In this document: in pieces, positions 53,395-63,206 of the stretch
How the letters are laid out: the number at the start of each line of letters is the position of its first letter
Numbering within the stretch: the first letter of the stretch is position 1
Source of the DNA: Vicinamibacterales bacterium
GTDB taxonomy: Bacteria > Acidobacteriota > Vicinamibacteria > Vicinamibacterales > 2-12-FULL-66-21
NCBI GenBank assembly: GCA_049642465.1
Contig: JBAROV010000050.1
Span: forward strand, 6,857 to 70,856
Length of the DNA: 64,000 nt
Direction of reading: 5' to 3'
Translations under genes and position numbers: made by a program
Notes under the pieces: generated by a model
Seen by the model: only the letters and a program-made list of their open reading frames with translations
The model's database searches: none
What the model was told of the DNA's origin: nothing

Positions 53395-54432
53395 CTACAG
53401 CTTTTCGGCAACCGGTCGCCGCTCTTTGGCTACCACGACGGTGACGTCATCTCGACGGCGGCTGAAATCCCTATACAGGGTCGCGGCAACGGTCGTGGCC
53501 GAGTGGCGCCGCAGACCGGGATAGGCGTCCAGGTTCCAGTGCGTTCCCAGGCCGTCCGACGCCATCACGATCAGCGAGGCTTGCGGAACGACATAATTGA
53601 ATTCCTGGATTCTTGCCGCGGTGTGTCCAGCCGTCCCGTTGTGTGAGATGAAATTGCGCCGATGGGCGCCGTCGGGAACCACGCTCGCGAGGATGTTGCC
53701 AAGCCCCGCGTACGCCGCGATTCCGCGCTCGAGGTCCATCGCGACCATTGCCGCGGCAGCGCCGCGCGTCGAGCGCAGCGCCAGATGAATATTTTCGATC
53801 ACGGACGCCGGCGCGTTTTCGTGGCTCTTACGAAAAACGTCCAACGCAGTTCGGGCCGCTTCGTGAGCGGGGTAGCCATGACCCAACCCATCGACTACCA
53901 AAATTGCAAGTCGGCCTTCGCGCAACGTCCACGCCCACCCGTCACCGCAAACGTCCTCGCCGGTCTTACTGACGTGAACCGCCCCTACCTCGACCCGTCC
54001 AACAGGTGGGGTTAGGCGGCGCTGGCTTCGACCGATCGACGCCACGATGACGGTGCCCGTCGCGTGTGTGTATAAATCGAATTCGTCTGCCTGTCGCTCT
54101 GCAGCGCCGAGGCCGTGTCCGAGCGTGCCGGCCGCCGAGAATCCGTCGGTCCGCGACTGAGCGACATCCTGCAGTCCAGGTCCTTTATCGACGGCAACAA
54201 TTTCAATCCCGTCGGCTTCCGAACTGTCGAGAGAGAGGGGACGCAACAACACCTCGCCCTGCTTCGCATGTTTGACGAGGTTCGTGGCGAGCTCCGAGAC
54301 GATCAGCGCCGCCTGGCCGGCGCGCTCTTCGCTGAAGCGAAGCTGGTCGGCAAGCCAGAGAACGGTCCGCCGTGGCGCCGCGATTTGGCTCTGTTCGGTA
54401 ACGGCGAAGGCCGCCGTGACGTTCATCGCCAA
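53395..54432 (-). CDS. HATPase-like + PP2C/SpoIIE phosphatase (RsbX/RsbU-like partner-switching phosphatase)
   Basis: N-terminal LIVSELATNLVKHA. PP2C part VCGDGWAW...LVVDGLGHGYPAHEAA...MASDGL. Confidence 0.8.
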   Translation of the reverse strand: MAMNVTAAFAVTEQSQIAAPRRTVLWLADQLRFSEERAGQAALIVSELATNLVKHAKQGEVLLRPLSLDSSEADGIEIVAVDKGPGLQDVAQSRTDGFSAAGTLGHGLGAAERQADEFDLYTHATGTVIVASIGRSQRRLTPPVGRVEVGAVHVSKTGEDVCGDGWAWTLREGRLAILVVDGLGHGYPAHEAARTALDVFRKSHENAPASVIENIHLALRSTRGAAAAMVAMDLERGIAAYAGLGNILASVVPDGAHRRNFISHNGTAGHTAARIQEFNYVVPQASLIVMASDGLGTHWNLDAYPGLRRHSATTVAATLYRDFSRRRDDVTVVVAKERRPVAEKL

Positions 54433-54827
54433 CGAACGATGGTCACTCGTGTGCCCTCCCCAGGGGCGGAGTGGATGTAGAACTCGTTTGAGAGCCGGCG
54501 CGCGCCGCTCAAACCGAGTCCCAGGCCACCACCGGTGCTGTAGCCGTCGCGCATCGCCATGTCCACGTCCGGAATCCCGCCTCCTCGATCTTCGAACGTG
54601 AGCCGGAGGCCGCGGCGGCCAGCGTCTTCGAGTGTTTCGATCGTCACCTGCCCGCCGCCGCCGTGCTGCACCGTGTTGCGGGCGAGCTCGCTGGCGGCGG
54701 TGACGATTTTGGTTTGGTCGATCAGGTTGAACCCGAGCTCCACAGCCCGCTGTCGCACCGATTGCCGAACGGCGACGACATCTTCGGACGAGTGAATGGT
54801 TCGGTGATCGCTAAGAAGGACCGTCAC
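54423..54827 (-). CDS. rsbT: RsbT-like anti-sigma regulatory Ser/Thr kinase
   Basis: TAASELARNTVQHGGGGQVTIE and GLGLGLSGARRLSNEF. GTG 54827 is preferred to the listed 54881. Confidence 0.8.
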   Translation of the reverse strand: MTVLLSDHRTIHSSEDVVAVRQSVRQRAVELGFNLIDQTKIVTAASELARNTVQHGGGGQVTIETLEDAGRRGLRLTFEDRGGGIPDVDMAMRDGYSTGGGLGLGLSGARRLSNEFYIHSAPGEGTRVTIVRWR

Positions 54828-55194
54828 TCTGGCGACGCTCCTTGATACGGTCCTTGAGCAGATCCATGCCACGCTCGACATTCAGCGCCGTGCGCACGCC
54901 GGTCAACGACAATCCGAGTTCGACCAGTGTGATCGCCACGGCCGGTCGCATCCCGACGACGACGGTTTCGGCATCGAGCACGCGTGACATGGCTGCAGTG
55001 TCGCCGAGCATCCGGCCGATGAAGGAATCGACCATTTCCAGAGCCGAGATGTCGATCAGCACGCCCTTGGCACGCGTGCTGACAATTCTCGCCGTGAGAT
55101 CGTCCTGCAGCGTCATGGCAAGCCGATCGTGCATGTCCACCTGGATAGTCACGAGGAGGTACTCGCCCATCTTGAGAATGGGGATCCGTTCCAC
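54811..55194 (-). CDS. rsbS: RsbS-like STAS protein
   Basis: IPILKMGEYLLVTIQVDMHD...VLIDISALEMVDSF. Confidence 0.8.
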   Translation of the reverse strand: MERIPILKMGEYLLVTIQVDMHDRLAMTLQDDLTARIVSTRAKGVLIDISALEMVDSFIGRMLGDTAAMSRVLDAETVVVGMRPAVAITLVELGLSLTGVRTALNVERGMDLLKDRIKERRQSDGPS

Positions 55195-55196
55195 GG

Positions 55197-56111
55197 TCAG
55201 TTGTCCTCTCGCTCAGCGGACCGTTCGTCTTCGCCTGGCATGCGCCGTTTTGCCGGCGCCTGACCCTTTGAGATGTTCAGACCGAGACGGCGGAGCGCCA
55301 CCGCGAATGCGTCCGCCAACGTTGCCTTCGTCATGACCGTCCCCAGGTCAACGCCGAGGTGCACGATCGTTTGCGCGATCTGCGGACGGATCCCGCTGAT
55401 GATGCAATCGGCCCCCATCAGCCGCGCGGCCGCCACTGTTTTCAGCAGGTGCTGTGCGGTCAAGGTGTCCACGGTCGGCACGCCCGTGATATCGATGATC
55501 GCAATCGACGCGCCGCTCTCGACAATCTTTTGCAGGAGGCTCTCCATCACGACCTGGGTGCGGGCGCTGTCAAGCGTGCCAATGACCGGCAGCGCGAGCA
55601 CTCCCTCCCACAGCGTGACGACAGGCGTGGAAAGTTCCATCAACTCCTGCTGCTGCCGGACGATGATCTGCTCCCGGCTGCGCTGGAACACTTCCGTCGT
55701 GTAGAGACCAAGCTTGTCGAGCAAGGCACCCACGTCGCGGACAGCCTCGTTGAGCCCTTCCACATCGCGGCCTGCCTGCTGGCGCATCGTGTCGAACAGC
55801 GTGTCCTTCAGCGAAAACACAAAGCTGGCCGTTTCGGAAGGGGAAAAGCCTTGGTGCGCGCGACTGGCAGACAGATCTTCGAGCATCTGACGGGTGTTTG
55901 CCCATGCTGGTGATTGGATGTCCGAGGTGCCACTCGCAGACGCCTCACGCAAGAGCGAGAGAAAGCGTCGCGATTGCTCGGCAAGTTCCGCGCGGCTGAT
56001 CCTGTCTCCCCGGAAACCTGCGGCCGAAAGCTGGCTCTCAATCCAACGCTGAACGATGCCGGCTCCGTCCTGCTCCAGTACGTGCTTGAGGAGAATCGTA
56101 TCCTGCGCCAT
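55197..56111 (-). CDS. rsbR: RsbR-like stressosome sensor (N-terminal sensory domain + STAS)
   Basis: ELSTPVVTLWEGVLALPVIGTLDSARTQ...IIDITGVPTVDT. Confidence 0.8.
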   Translation of the reverse strand: MAQDTILLKHVLEQDGAGIVQRWIESQLSAAGFRGDRISRAELAEQSRRFLSLLREASASGTSDIQSPAWANTRQMLEDLSASRAHQGFSPSETASFVFSLKDTLFDTMRQQAGRDVEGLNEAVRDVGALLDKLGLYTTEVFQRSREQIIVRQQQELMELSTPVVTLWEGVLALPVIGTLDSARTQVVMESLLQKIVESGASIAIIDITGVPTVDTLTAQHLLKTVAAARLMGADCIISGIRPQIAQTIVHLGVDLGTVMTKATLADAFAVALRRLGLNISKGQAPAKRRMPGEDERSAEREDN

Positions 56112-56144
56112 CGTCGTCGTTCGGCTCCTTCAAAAAGAGATCGA

Positions 56145-58385
56145 TTATATCGATTGCGGGGACGCGGCGGCGGCAGCCGGGTCCGTGGGTCCCGTATTTC
56201 GTTTCACGAGCGATAGCACGACCGACGTCAGCGCCTCGCGTGAGATGTCGGATTTTGCAAGGAACCCGTCTGCCTGTTCGAGCAGCCGTTGGCGCGTGTC
56301 GGCATCGAGGGCCGCGGAGGTGACGACCAGGACGGGGATCTTGCGCGTGTCTTCCCGCTGACGAAGGCGCTGCAACACTTCGTAGCCATCCGGGTTCGGC
56401 ATGAGGAGATCCAGCAGGATCACGTCGGGAAGCTCGCAACTGATCATGGCCAGGCCGTCCTCGCCATTCACCGCTTCGCGCACTTCGAAGTGCGGGGCCA
56501 ACAAGCAGTGGCGTACGAGGAAGCGCATCCCTTCGTCGTCATCAATGGCGACCACGCGAATCGGGGCGTGGCCCCGCAGATTGTTCAATGTCTCAAGCAC
56601 AAGGCGGCGATCGATCGGTTTCGGCAGGTAGACATCGGCGCCGAGCGCTGCGGCCTTTTCCCGTTCGGCGAGCGAGCTCACTACGATCACGGGGACATCC
56701 CTGAGACGATCGTCGCGTTTGATCCGCAACAAGAGATCCCACGCTTCTTCATTCCCCAGCAGGATATCCAGGATGACCGCCGCAGGCTGAATGGACTGCA
56801 GCGCGACCTCGGCGTCCCGTATCGAGCGGGCCGGATAGATCTGGAAGGAGGAAGCGCTCAGCGCCTTTGCGTAGAAGTACTGCGCCTCGGCAGCATCGTC
56901 CACGACAAGGACCGGCTCTTTTTCCGGCTCGGGCACCCACTCGAAGCTCTGCGCCAGTGGCGCGCGGTAGTGCATGGGGATGCGGAGCGCGAATCTCGAA
57001 CCGACACCGTGTGCGCTCGTCACGGTGAGTGTGCCACCGAGAAGCTCCGCGAGCCGCTTCGACAGAGCCAGACCCAGTCCCGTGCCCTTGACACGTCGTT
57101 GTACCCGGTGCTCGAGCTGCGTGAACTCGTCGAAGATCCGCTCGAGGTCCTGCGCATGGATGCCGATGCCGGTGTCCGAGACTTCGAACTCGACGGTGTC
57201 GTTGGCCGGCCCCACGCGCGCGGCAATCCGCACTTCGCCGCGTTCGGTGAACTTCAACCCGTTCGAGATCAGGTTCCGCAGGATCTGCGAGACCTTGCCT
57301 TCGTCTGTGTAAAGCGGCGGGAGATCGTCACCACCTTCGAAGACGAGCGCGACCGACTGATTGAGGAGCAGGGGCCGCAGCATGCCGCGCAAAGCACCGA
57401 AGAGCGCGCTCACGTGGAACTCGCCCGGTCGGACCGTCGTCTTTCCCGCTTCGACTTTCGCAAGATCCAACAGATCGTTCACGAGCTCGGACAACTGTTC
57501 GGCTGCTTCCCGGATGTACTTGAGCTCGGGTTCGGCGTCACGACCCTCGCGCTGCCGATCGTCCATGAGCAGGCGCGTGAGACCGATGATGGAATTCACC
57601 GGAGTGCGGAACTCGTGCGTCATGTTCGACAGGAACCGTGACTTCAATTCGTCCGCGCGACGGAGGTGGTCGGCCTTTTCGTCGAGCTCGGCGTACAAGG
57701 CCACGACGCCGCGATTCGTGTCCTCGAGTTCACGATTGACGTGCACGAGCTCCTGCTGTTTTCTCTGCAGATCGTCGAGCGCTCGCAGCAGATCCTGATT
57801 CTGCCGTTGGATTTCCTCGACGAGACCCGCGGGCTGCCTTTGCAGCAGGTCTTCAGTGATTTGCTGTAGACGGACCGTGCCCAGGAGCGACCCGCGAGCG
57901 GGCAGGAACTTCTCGAGGAGGACCGTAGTACCCTCGGGAGAGGACTCGATGCTGAAGCGGTCCATCAGACGCCGTGAACCCTGAATGCCGATGCCCATTC
58001 CGGTATTCGACCGGTACCGGCCCGAGAGGACGTCATTCAGCTTGGCAATGCCCGGCCCACGATCGCTTACCCGAACCAGCAGGCGTTGCGGCCGTGACTC
58101 CTCGTCCACTGCGAAGGTGACGCTGCCCAACGTCGCGTATCTGAATGCGTTTCGGACGATTTCGGAAACCGCTGTCGCAATGCGCGTCTGTTCGGAGAGG
58201 TCGAAGCCAAGTGCCAGCGCCAGCGCGGCTGCGCGCTGCCTTGCGGTGACGACGTCTTGATCGTGGTGAAGAGCGAGGGAGAGAACCTGGTGCATCGAGG
58301 GGATCGCTACTGTAACACGGTCCACACGGATGAGCTTTGTAGGACTGGTGCTTGCATGCTGGTCGGACACTTGTCGCTCGACCAA
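56145..58385 (-). CDS. hybrid sensor histidine kinase: RsbT-like HATPase N-domain, coiled coil, HisKA, HATPase, two receiver domains
   Basis: SEIVRNAFRYA...GMGIGIQGSRRL; H-box SNMTHEFRTPVNSIIG; DTGIGI...GTGLGLALS; two DD...D receiver segments. Confidence 0.85.
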   Translation of the reverse strand: MVERQVSDQHASTSPTKLIRVDRVTVAIPSMHQVLSLALHHDQDVVTARQRAAALALALGFDLSEQTRIATAVSEIVRNAFRYATLGSVTFAVDEESRPQRLLVRVSDRGPGIAKLNDVLSGRYRSNTGMGIGIQGSRRLMDRFSIESSPEGTTVLLEKFLPARGSLLGTVRLQQITEDLLQRQPAGLVEEIQRQNQDLLRALDDLQRKQQELVHVNRELEDTNRGVVALYAELDEKADHLRRADELKSRFLSNMTHEFRTPVNSIIGLTRLLMDDRQREGRDAEPELKYIREAAEQLSELVNDLLDLAKVEAGKTTVRPGEFHVSALFGALRGMLRPLLLNQSVALVFEGGDDLPPLYTDEGKVSQILRNLISNGLKFTERGEVRIAARVGPANDTVEFEVSDTGIGIHAQDLERIFDEFTQLEHRVQRRVKGTGLGLALSKRLAELLGGTLTVTSAHGVGSRFALRIPMHYRAPLAQSFEWVPEPEKEPVLVVDDAAEAQYFYAKALSASSFQIYPARSIRDAEVALQSIQPAAVILDILLGNEEAWDLLLRIKRDDRLRDVPVIVVSSLAEREKAAALGADVYLPKPIDRRLVLETLNNLRGHAPIRVVAIDDDEGMRFLVRHCLLAPHFEVREAVNGEDGLAMISCELPDVILLDLLMPNPDGYEVLQRLRQREDTRKIPVLVVTSAALDADTRQRLLEQADGFLAKSDISREALTSVVLSLVKRNTGPTDPAAAAASPQSI

Positions 58386-58390
58386 CTCCT

Positions 58391-58433
58391 AGGACGAACT
58401 AGTAGGACCAACTAGCGACTAGCGACCAGCGAC
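58391..58433. repeat. AGGAC / TAGCGAC heptad array in the divergent kinase promoter region
   Basis: AGGAC GAACTAGT AGGAC CAAC TAGCGAC TAGCGAC CAGCGAC. This is the reverse complement of the units at 52206-52226. Confidence 0.85.
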
Positions 58434-58449
58434 TCACAACCGTAAGACG

Positions 58450-60174
58450 ATGAAATCGGATCCCATTGCGTCGTCCCTCGCCGGGTACACCCTGGCGAGG
58501 GTTCCCGTTCGCACTCCGCACGACCTCGTCGCACTCAGCCGTCGCACCCGTGCGGCGGGCGACGACCTCGGTCTTCCGGCCGACGACGTGCGTCGGCTGT
58601 CGGCCGCGACGTACGAAGCGGCACGGCTGCTGGCCACCTACAACGATGTCGTCGCTGAAATCCGTCTCGCCGAGGATCCCTCATTGCAGGTCATCTTTCG
58701 GCTTCCCGTGTCCAGCGAACGAGCGCGGGCCGGTGTTCGCCGAAAGATCGAATCCGCGCTCGCTCTTGTCGAGCCGCTCGTCGATCGACTCCAGGTGGAA
58801 CAGACGACCGAAGGACTTTGCGTGTCACTTCGTTCACTTCTCCCGACTGGCACATCCCAGCCAAACGAAACGGCCGTATCGGACGCTCGCATTTCGGAAC
58901 CGAGTCTCGACGTCCGGCCCACGCTCGACACGCTGTCCGAACGTTACGCGGCGCTGCAGCGGGATTACCGCGATCTTCAGGCAGAGTTGCAGGAGACCAA
59001 TCGCGGCGTGGTGGCGGTCTACACGGAACTCGAGGGGCAGGCGGAGCGGCTGCGACAGGCGGAGGATCGGCTCCGATTGCTGCTCGACAGCGTTCACGAT
59101 TACGCGATTTGCATGCTGAGCCCAACCGGAGAGGTCGCGAGCTGGAACGTCGGCGCCGAGCGTCTCTTCGCATACTCGACGGAGGACATCATCGGCCGCA
59201 GCTTTGCGTGCTTCTACACTGAAGACGAACGCGAACAGGGAGTGCCGGCCGAGCACCTGCGTGAGGCGCGCGAGCGCGGACGTTATGAGGGGGAATCCGT
59301 GCGCATGCGTCACGGCGGGCTGTCGTTCGACGCACATGTCGTGCTGACGCCGGTGCAGACGAATCGCGAACTGCGCGGATACTCACTCGTCGTCCGCAAC
59401 ATCACGGAGCGCAAGCGGCTCGAAGACGATCTGCGCCGGCGGGCTGAAGATCTCGCCGCGGCGAACCGTGCGAAAGAGGATTTTCTCGCGACGCTGTCGC
59501 ACGAGCTGCGGACGCCGTTGAACGCGATGCTCGGTTGGACTCGTCTCCTCAGAATGAGGAAGCTGCAAGGCGATGCCGCGGAGCGCGCGCTGGAGACCAT
59601 CGAACGCAACGCCCGCGCGCAGGAGCAGCTCATCGCGGACATCCTCGACGTGTCGCGAATCGTGACGGGAAAACTGCGGCTCGAATTGATCCCATGCGAG
59701 CTGGCGCCCGTCGTCGACGCCGCGCTCGACGCCGTGCGTCCCGCGGCAGATGCGAAAGGCGTCCAAATCGCCTGTGATATCGCGTGGTCAGGGGCGGTCC
59801 TGGGAGACTCCGACCGCCTGCAGCAGGTGCTGTGGAATCTCCTGGTCAACGGTATCAAGTTCACGCCGCCAGGCGGGTCCGTCTCGATTGCGGTCAGCCG
59901 CGTGGGGCCGACCGCCGGGATCACCGTGACCGATTCGGGCGAGGGCATCTCCGAGGAATTGCTGCCGTTCATCTTCGATCGCTTCCGTCAGGGAGACAGC
60001 TCGGTGACGCGTCCGCATGGGGGCCTCGGTCTCGGGTTGTCGATCGTTCGGCACATCGTGGAACTCCACGGCGGCAAGGTGCAGGCGTGGAGTGCGGGCA
60101 CGGGCGCGGGTTCCACGTTTTCGGTGTACCTGCCTGTTCACTCGACGCGTGAGCGCGCGTCGGCCAGTGCTTGA
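58450..60174 (+). CDS. sensor histidine kinase (N-terminal partner-switch-like domain, coiled coil, PAS, HisKA, HATPase)
   Basis: H-box TLSHELRTPLNAMLGW; NLLVNGIKFTPPGG; DSGEGI; GGLGLGLSIV. Shares the TNRGVVA.Y.EL coiled-coil motif with 56145-58385. Confidence 0.85.
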   Translation: MKSDPIASSLAGYTLARVPVRTPHDLVALSRRTRAAGDDLGLPADDVRRLSAATYEAARLLATYNDVVAEIRLAEDPSLQVIFRLPVSSERARAGVRRKIESALALVEPLVDRLQVEQTTEGLCVSLRSLLPTGTSQPNETAVSDARISEPSLDVRPTLDTLSERYAALQRDYRDLQAELQETNRGVVAVYTELEGQAERLRQAEDRLRLLLDSVHDYAICMLSPTGEVASWNVGAERLFAYSTEDIIGRSFACFYTEDEREQGVPAEHLREARERGRYEGESVRMRHGGLSFDAHVVLTPVQTNRELRGYSLVVRNITERKRLEDDLRRRAEDLAAANRAKEDFLATLSHELRTPLNAMLGWTRLLRMRKLQGDAAERALETIERNARAQEQLIADILDVSRIVTGKLRLELIPCELAPVVDAALDAVRPAADAKGVQIACDIAWSGAVLGDSDRLQQVLWNLLVNGIKFTPPGGSVSIAVSRVGPTAGITVTDSGEGISEELLPFIFDRFRQGDSSVTRPHGGLGLGLSIVRHIVELHGGKVQAWSAGTGAGSTFSVYLPVHSTRERASASA

Positions 60175-60980
60175 TCCGCGGCGTCACTGCGCGCCTTCGC
60201 GGCGTCCCGTTTGTTTCTGGCCTGTTCGGCCTCGCGTTCCGCTTCCTTCAATTCGGCTTCGGCTGCTTCGAGCCCTTCGCGGGCGCGAACGACGCGCCGG
60301 TCTGCTTTTTCGGCCTCGCGTGCCGTCCGGGCGGCCTCGAACTCTTCCCGTCGCGCCGCCTGCTCGGCAGCGGCCACGGCCTTGGCTACCGCTTCCGACT
60401 GTTTCCTGGCGCGCGCCTGCGCCGCCTTGTCCTCTTTGGTCGCAGCAGCGCGTGTGTCTTTTCCGGCCGCGCGCTTTGGCTCCGTTCGTGCCGGAGTCGC
60501 GATGACCCGTCCGCCGGAGGGAAGCCCCGACAGCATCTCAAACCCGCCGGGAGCGAGAGCCTGCCGAAGACGACCGGGGGGATCGTCGGCGGGCAGCGCG
60601 CGCAGCGTCGTCCCGATCGTTTGGCGCGTCGCATCGCTCGGTGGGTGACCGTCCTCGCTGGCAATCTCGAGCGTGGCTTTGAGCGCGGCTTCGAGCGCTT
60701 CTTCATGAGCCCGGCCCGCCGCTCGTAAATCGGCGCGGCGCCCGGCCATGACGGCTTTGTGCGTCGCGCGAAGATTCTCTGCGGCCTGGACCAGTGAACG
60801 GTACAGCGCTGGCTTGCGCCAATGCAGTTGGTTCACGGCCCAGACCGCTGCGGTGGGTTTGGGGAGGGCGCGGATGTCAGCGGCACCATCGCCGGCACGT
60901 TTCGCAATCGCGTTACGCTCGGCGATGAACTCCGAGGGTTTCAGCTGGTATAACCGATCGAGGTCCGTGTCGAGGGACAT
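60138..60980 (-). CDS. hypothetical protein with Ala/Glu/Arg-rich coiled-coil C-terminus
   Basis: ATG 60980 (MSLDTDLDRLYQLKPSEF). The listed start at 61184 would overlap the divergent gene. Confidence 0.45.
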   Translation of the reverse strand: MSLDTDLDRLYQLKPSEFIAERNAIAKRAGDGAADIRALPKPTAAVWAVNQLHWRKPALYRSLVQAAENLRATHKAVMAGRRADLRAAGRAHEEALEAALKATLEIASEDGHPPSDATRQTIGTTLRALPADDPPGRLRQALAPGGFEMLSGLPSGGRVIATPARTEPKRAAGKDTRAAATKEDKAAQARARKQSEAVAKAVAAAEQAARREEFEAARTAREAEKADRRVVRAREGLEAAEAELKEAEREAEQARNKRDAAKARSDAADQALADARSRVE

Positions 60981-60997
60981 AGCGGAGAATTGATGCA

Positions 60998-62389
60998 ATG
61001 CCGGAATTTCACGCCGAGCCTTACATCTATCTTGCTGGACTATCCCACAAGTCGGCCTTGATTGCCTGGGGCGCGTTCTACTTCCGGACGAAGAGCAACG
61101 GAAGAATGAAGATCGTGGACGATCACGATCTCCAGTGGATCCATCCGCCGCGTTGCGACTCGATCGGGTGTCGCTCGAAGCCATACGGCCCGGCCAGAGT
61201 GGAAATCACCGATGAGACTGGCGCCGTGGTTGCGTCAGCGCTGACCAACGACACGAACCACGTGGCGATTTCCGGTTTGAAAGCTGACACGCGATACACC
61301 TATTCGGTGCGGGTCAAACACGAAGAATGGGCGAGCGGGGTGCGATGGGATTGGGATCCCACGGCCCAGGCGCTGGTGCAGAACGGCGGCGTGTATCGCA
61401 ACGAATTCCGTACCCTGCCCGATCCGACCGAGCCGCTGGCGGCGCCATTCACGTTCGCCGTGATCGGGGATTTTGGCACGGGCGTCCGCAAGCCCTCGAC
61501 ACCGCTGCGTCGACAAGGCGAGGTTGCGCGCGCGCTCGAGCGTGCCGTTGCCGATCACGACGTTCGCCTGATCCTCACGACTGGCGACAACATTTATGCG
61601 TCCAACCGGTTTCTTCTTTGGACCGGCGACTCGGGTGGAGAGGACGATGATTGGTTTTTCACGTTCTTTCAGCCTTACCGCTACGCGATCGCTCGCGTCC
61701 CCGTTTGCCCGTCTATCGGCAACCACGATACGGGCGAGACCGAGGAGTGCGACGACCGGGAACAGGTCCTCGACAACTTCTATCTCCGGGAACGCCTCGC
61801 GACGGAGGAAGCAGCGGGCCGAGCGTCACTCGGGCCTGGACTCTTCTATCGATTTCGCGTCGCGAGCGACGTGGAGTTTGTGTGCATCGACACATCCAAA
61901 GAGCACTTCTTCAAACGAGGACGGTTGTTTGAATATCCCAAGCATCGCGAGTTCCTGCGTCACGCGTTCCCAGGTTCGGCGGCGGGAGGCATCAGGTGGC
62001 GTATTCCCTTTTGTCACCACCCACCGTTCTGCGCCGGTCCCCAGCATCGCAACACCGACCGGATGGAAGAAGTGGTGTCGCTCTTCGAACGCGGAGGGGT
62101 TCGGGCCTGCTTCAGCGGGCACGAGCACAATTTTCAGCACTCGCTCTGGAACGGAATCCACTATTTCGTCTCGGGCGCGGGCAGCAAGATTCGCTCCGGT
62201 GCCCCCGGGCGCATGGATGAGGCGCATACGGTGAGCTGGGCGCCAGTCTGTCATTTTCTGCTCGTCACGATTGACGGCGATCGAATGACGGTAAGAGCGA
62301 TCGGTGAGTCCGACTACGGCCTCGTGGACATCGAGCGTTTCGATGTTGACTCGAACCGCGTCAGCGGCCCCATCGTGGTGACGGGCTGA
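60998..62389 (+). CDS. calcineurin-like metallophosphoesterase (purple-acid-phosphatase-like)
   Basis: VIGDFG, TGDNIY, GNHD and GHEHNFQH. Confidence 0.8.
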   Translation: MPEFHAEPYIYLAGLSHKSALIAWGAFYFRTKSNGRMKIVDDHDLQWIHPPRCDSIGCRSKPYGPARVEITDETGAVVASALTNDTNHVAISGLKADTRYTYSVRVKHEEWASGVRWDWDPTAQALVQNGGVYRNEFRTLPDPTEPLAAPFTFAVIGDFGTGVRKPSTPLRRQGEVARALERAVADHDVRLILTTGDNIYASNRFLLWTGDSGGEDDDWFFTFFQPYRYAIARVPVCPSIGNHDTGETEECDDREQVLDNFYLRERLATEEAAGRASLGPGLFYRFRVASDVEFVCIDTSKEHFFKRGRLFEYPKHREFLRHAFPGSAAGGIRWRIPFCHHPPFCAGPQHRNTDRMEEVVSLFERGGVRACFSGHEHNFQHSLWNGIHYFVSGAGSKIRSGAPGRMDEAHTVSWAPVCHFLLVTIDGDRMTVRAIGESDYGLVDIERFDVDSNRVSGPIVVTG

Positions 62390-62402
62390 TGACAACGCCG
62401 GC

Positions 62403-63128
62403 TCAGTGACGGTGCCCGCCGGCGCCAATCGTCCGCCCCAATAAGCCGACGACTGACATCTTGGCCATGATCACTGCCGCTCGCAGGGACGAGAGTGGTG
62501 TCGTTCGAAGTTCCACCCGTCCGGCGCGGATCGCTTCGCAAATCGCGTCCGGGTGAGGCTCGGCATCGACCAGCGAATATGTCGTGCCAAGCTGCTCCAG
62601 GCGATGGAGGTCCGTATTGCCAACAATCGGCTTGCCGCGAGCGCGAGCCCACGTCGCCGCGCGCTCGTTGAAGTTCAGCCAGCGCGTGTACATGGCGTTG
62701 TACTCAATCGCGTCGATGAGACGGTGATGCGTGTCGAGGTAGCGTCCCAGACTGGTTCCGGTCGGATAGAACGCGTGCGGCACAACTACCAATCCACACT
62801 GCCCCTTCAATGCGGCGACGTCTTCGAAACTGCGCGCGCCTTCGACCTCTTTGGTGAAATTGAGCAGAAGGACGTGCCGCCCGCCGATGGTGCGTTCGAT
62901 CCCGGGGATCAAGACAAGGCCGCGCTCCCGGGCATAGGAGGCGTCAGGCGTGGGATCGTAGAAACGGTCGTGCAGAGTGATCGCGAGTCCCTGGTAGCCC
63001 AGCGACGCGGCATGATCGATTAATTGCCGGGATGTGTGTGGAATTCGATCAAGCGGATCGAAGTTGGTATGGGTATGCAGCTCGACCTTCAACATTGATT
63101 CCGCATCATTTTGACCCGGATACTGCAT
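62403..63128 (-). CDS. PHP-domain metal-dependent phosphoesterase
   Basis: VELHTHTNFD...GLAITLHD. Confidence 0.75.
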   Translation of the reverse strand: MQYPGQNDAESMLKVELHTHTNFDPLDRIPHTSRQLIDHAASLGYQGLAITLHDRFYDPTPDASYARERGLVLIPGIERTIGGRHVLLLNFTKEVEGARSFEDVAALKGQCGLVVVPHAFYPTGTSLGRYLDTHHRLIDAIEYNAMYTRWLNFNERAATWARARGKPIVGNTDLHRLEQLGTTYSLVDAEPHPDAICEAIRAGRVELRTTPLSSLRAAVIMAKMSVVGLLGRTIGAGGHRH

Positions 63129-63206
63129 CCCGAGACTCAGGAAGAAGCCGGAGTTGACCTTGAGTGGCCGCGGACGGATAATACAGGCTTCCGATCGGAG
63201 CCCAAC

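Noticed and set aside
60981-60997. Only 17 bp between divergent starts 60980 (minus) and 60998 (plus).
   Set aside because: Most likely reflects uncertainty in start-codon choice for the hypothetical gene rather than a special overlapping-promoter architecture.
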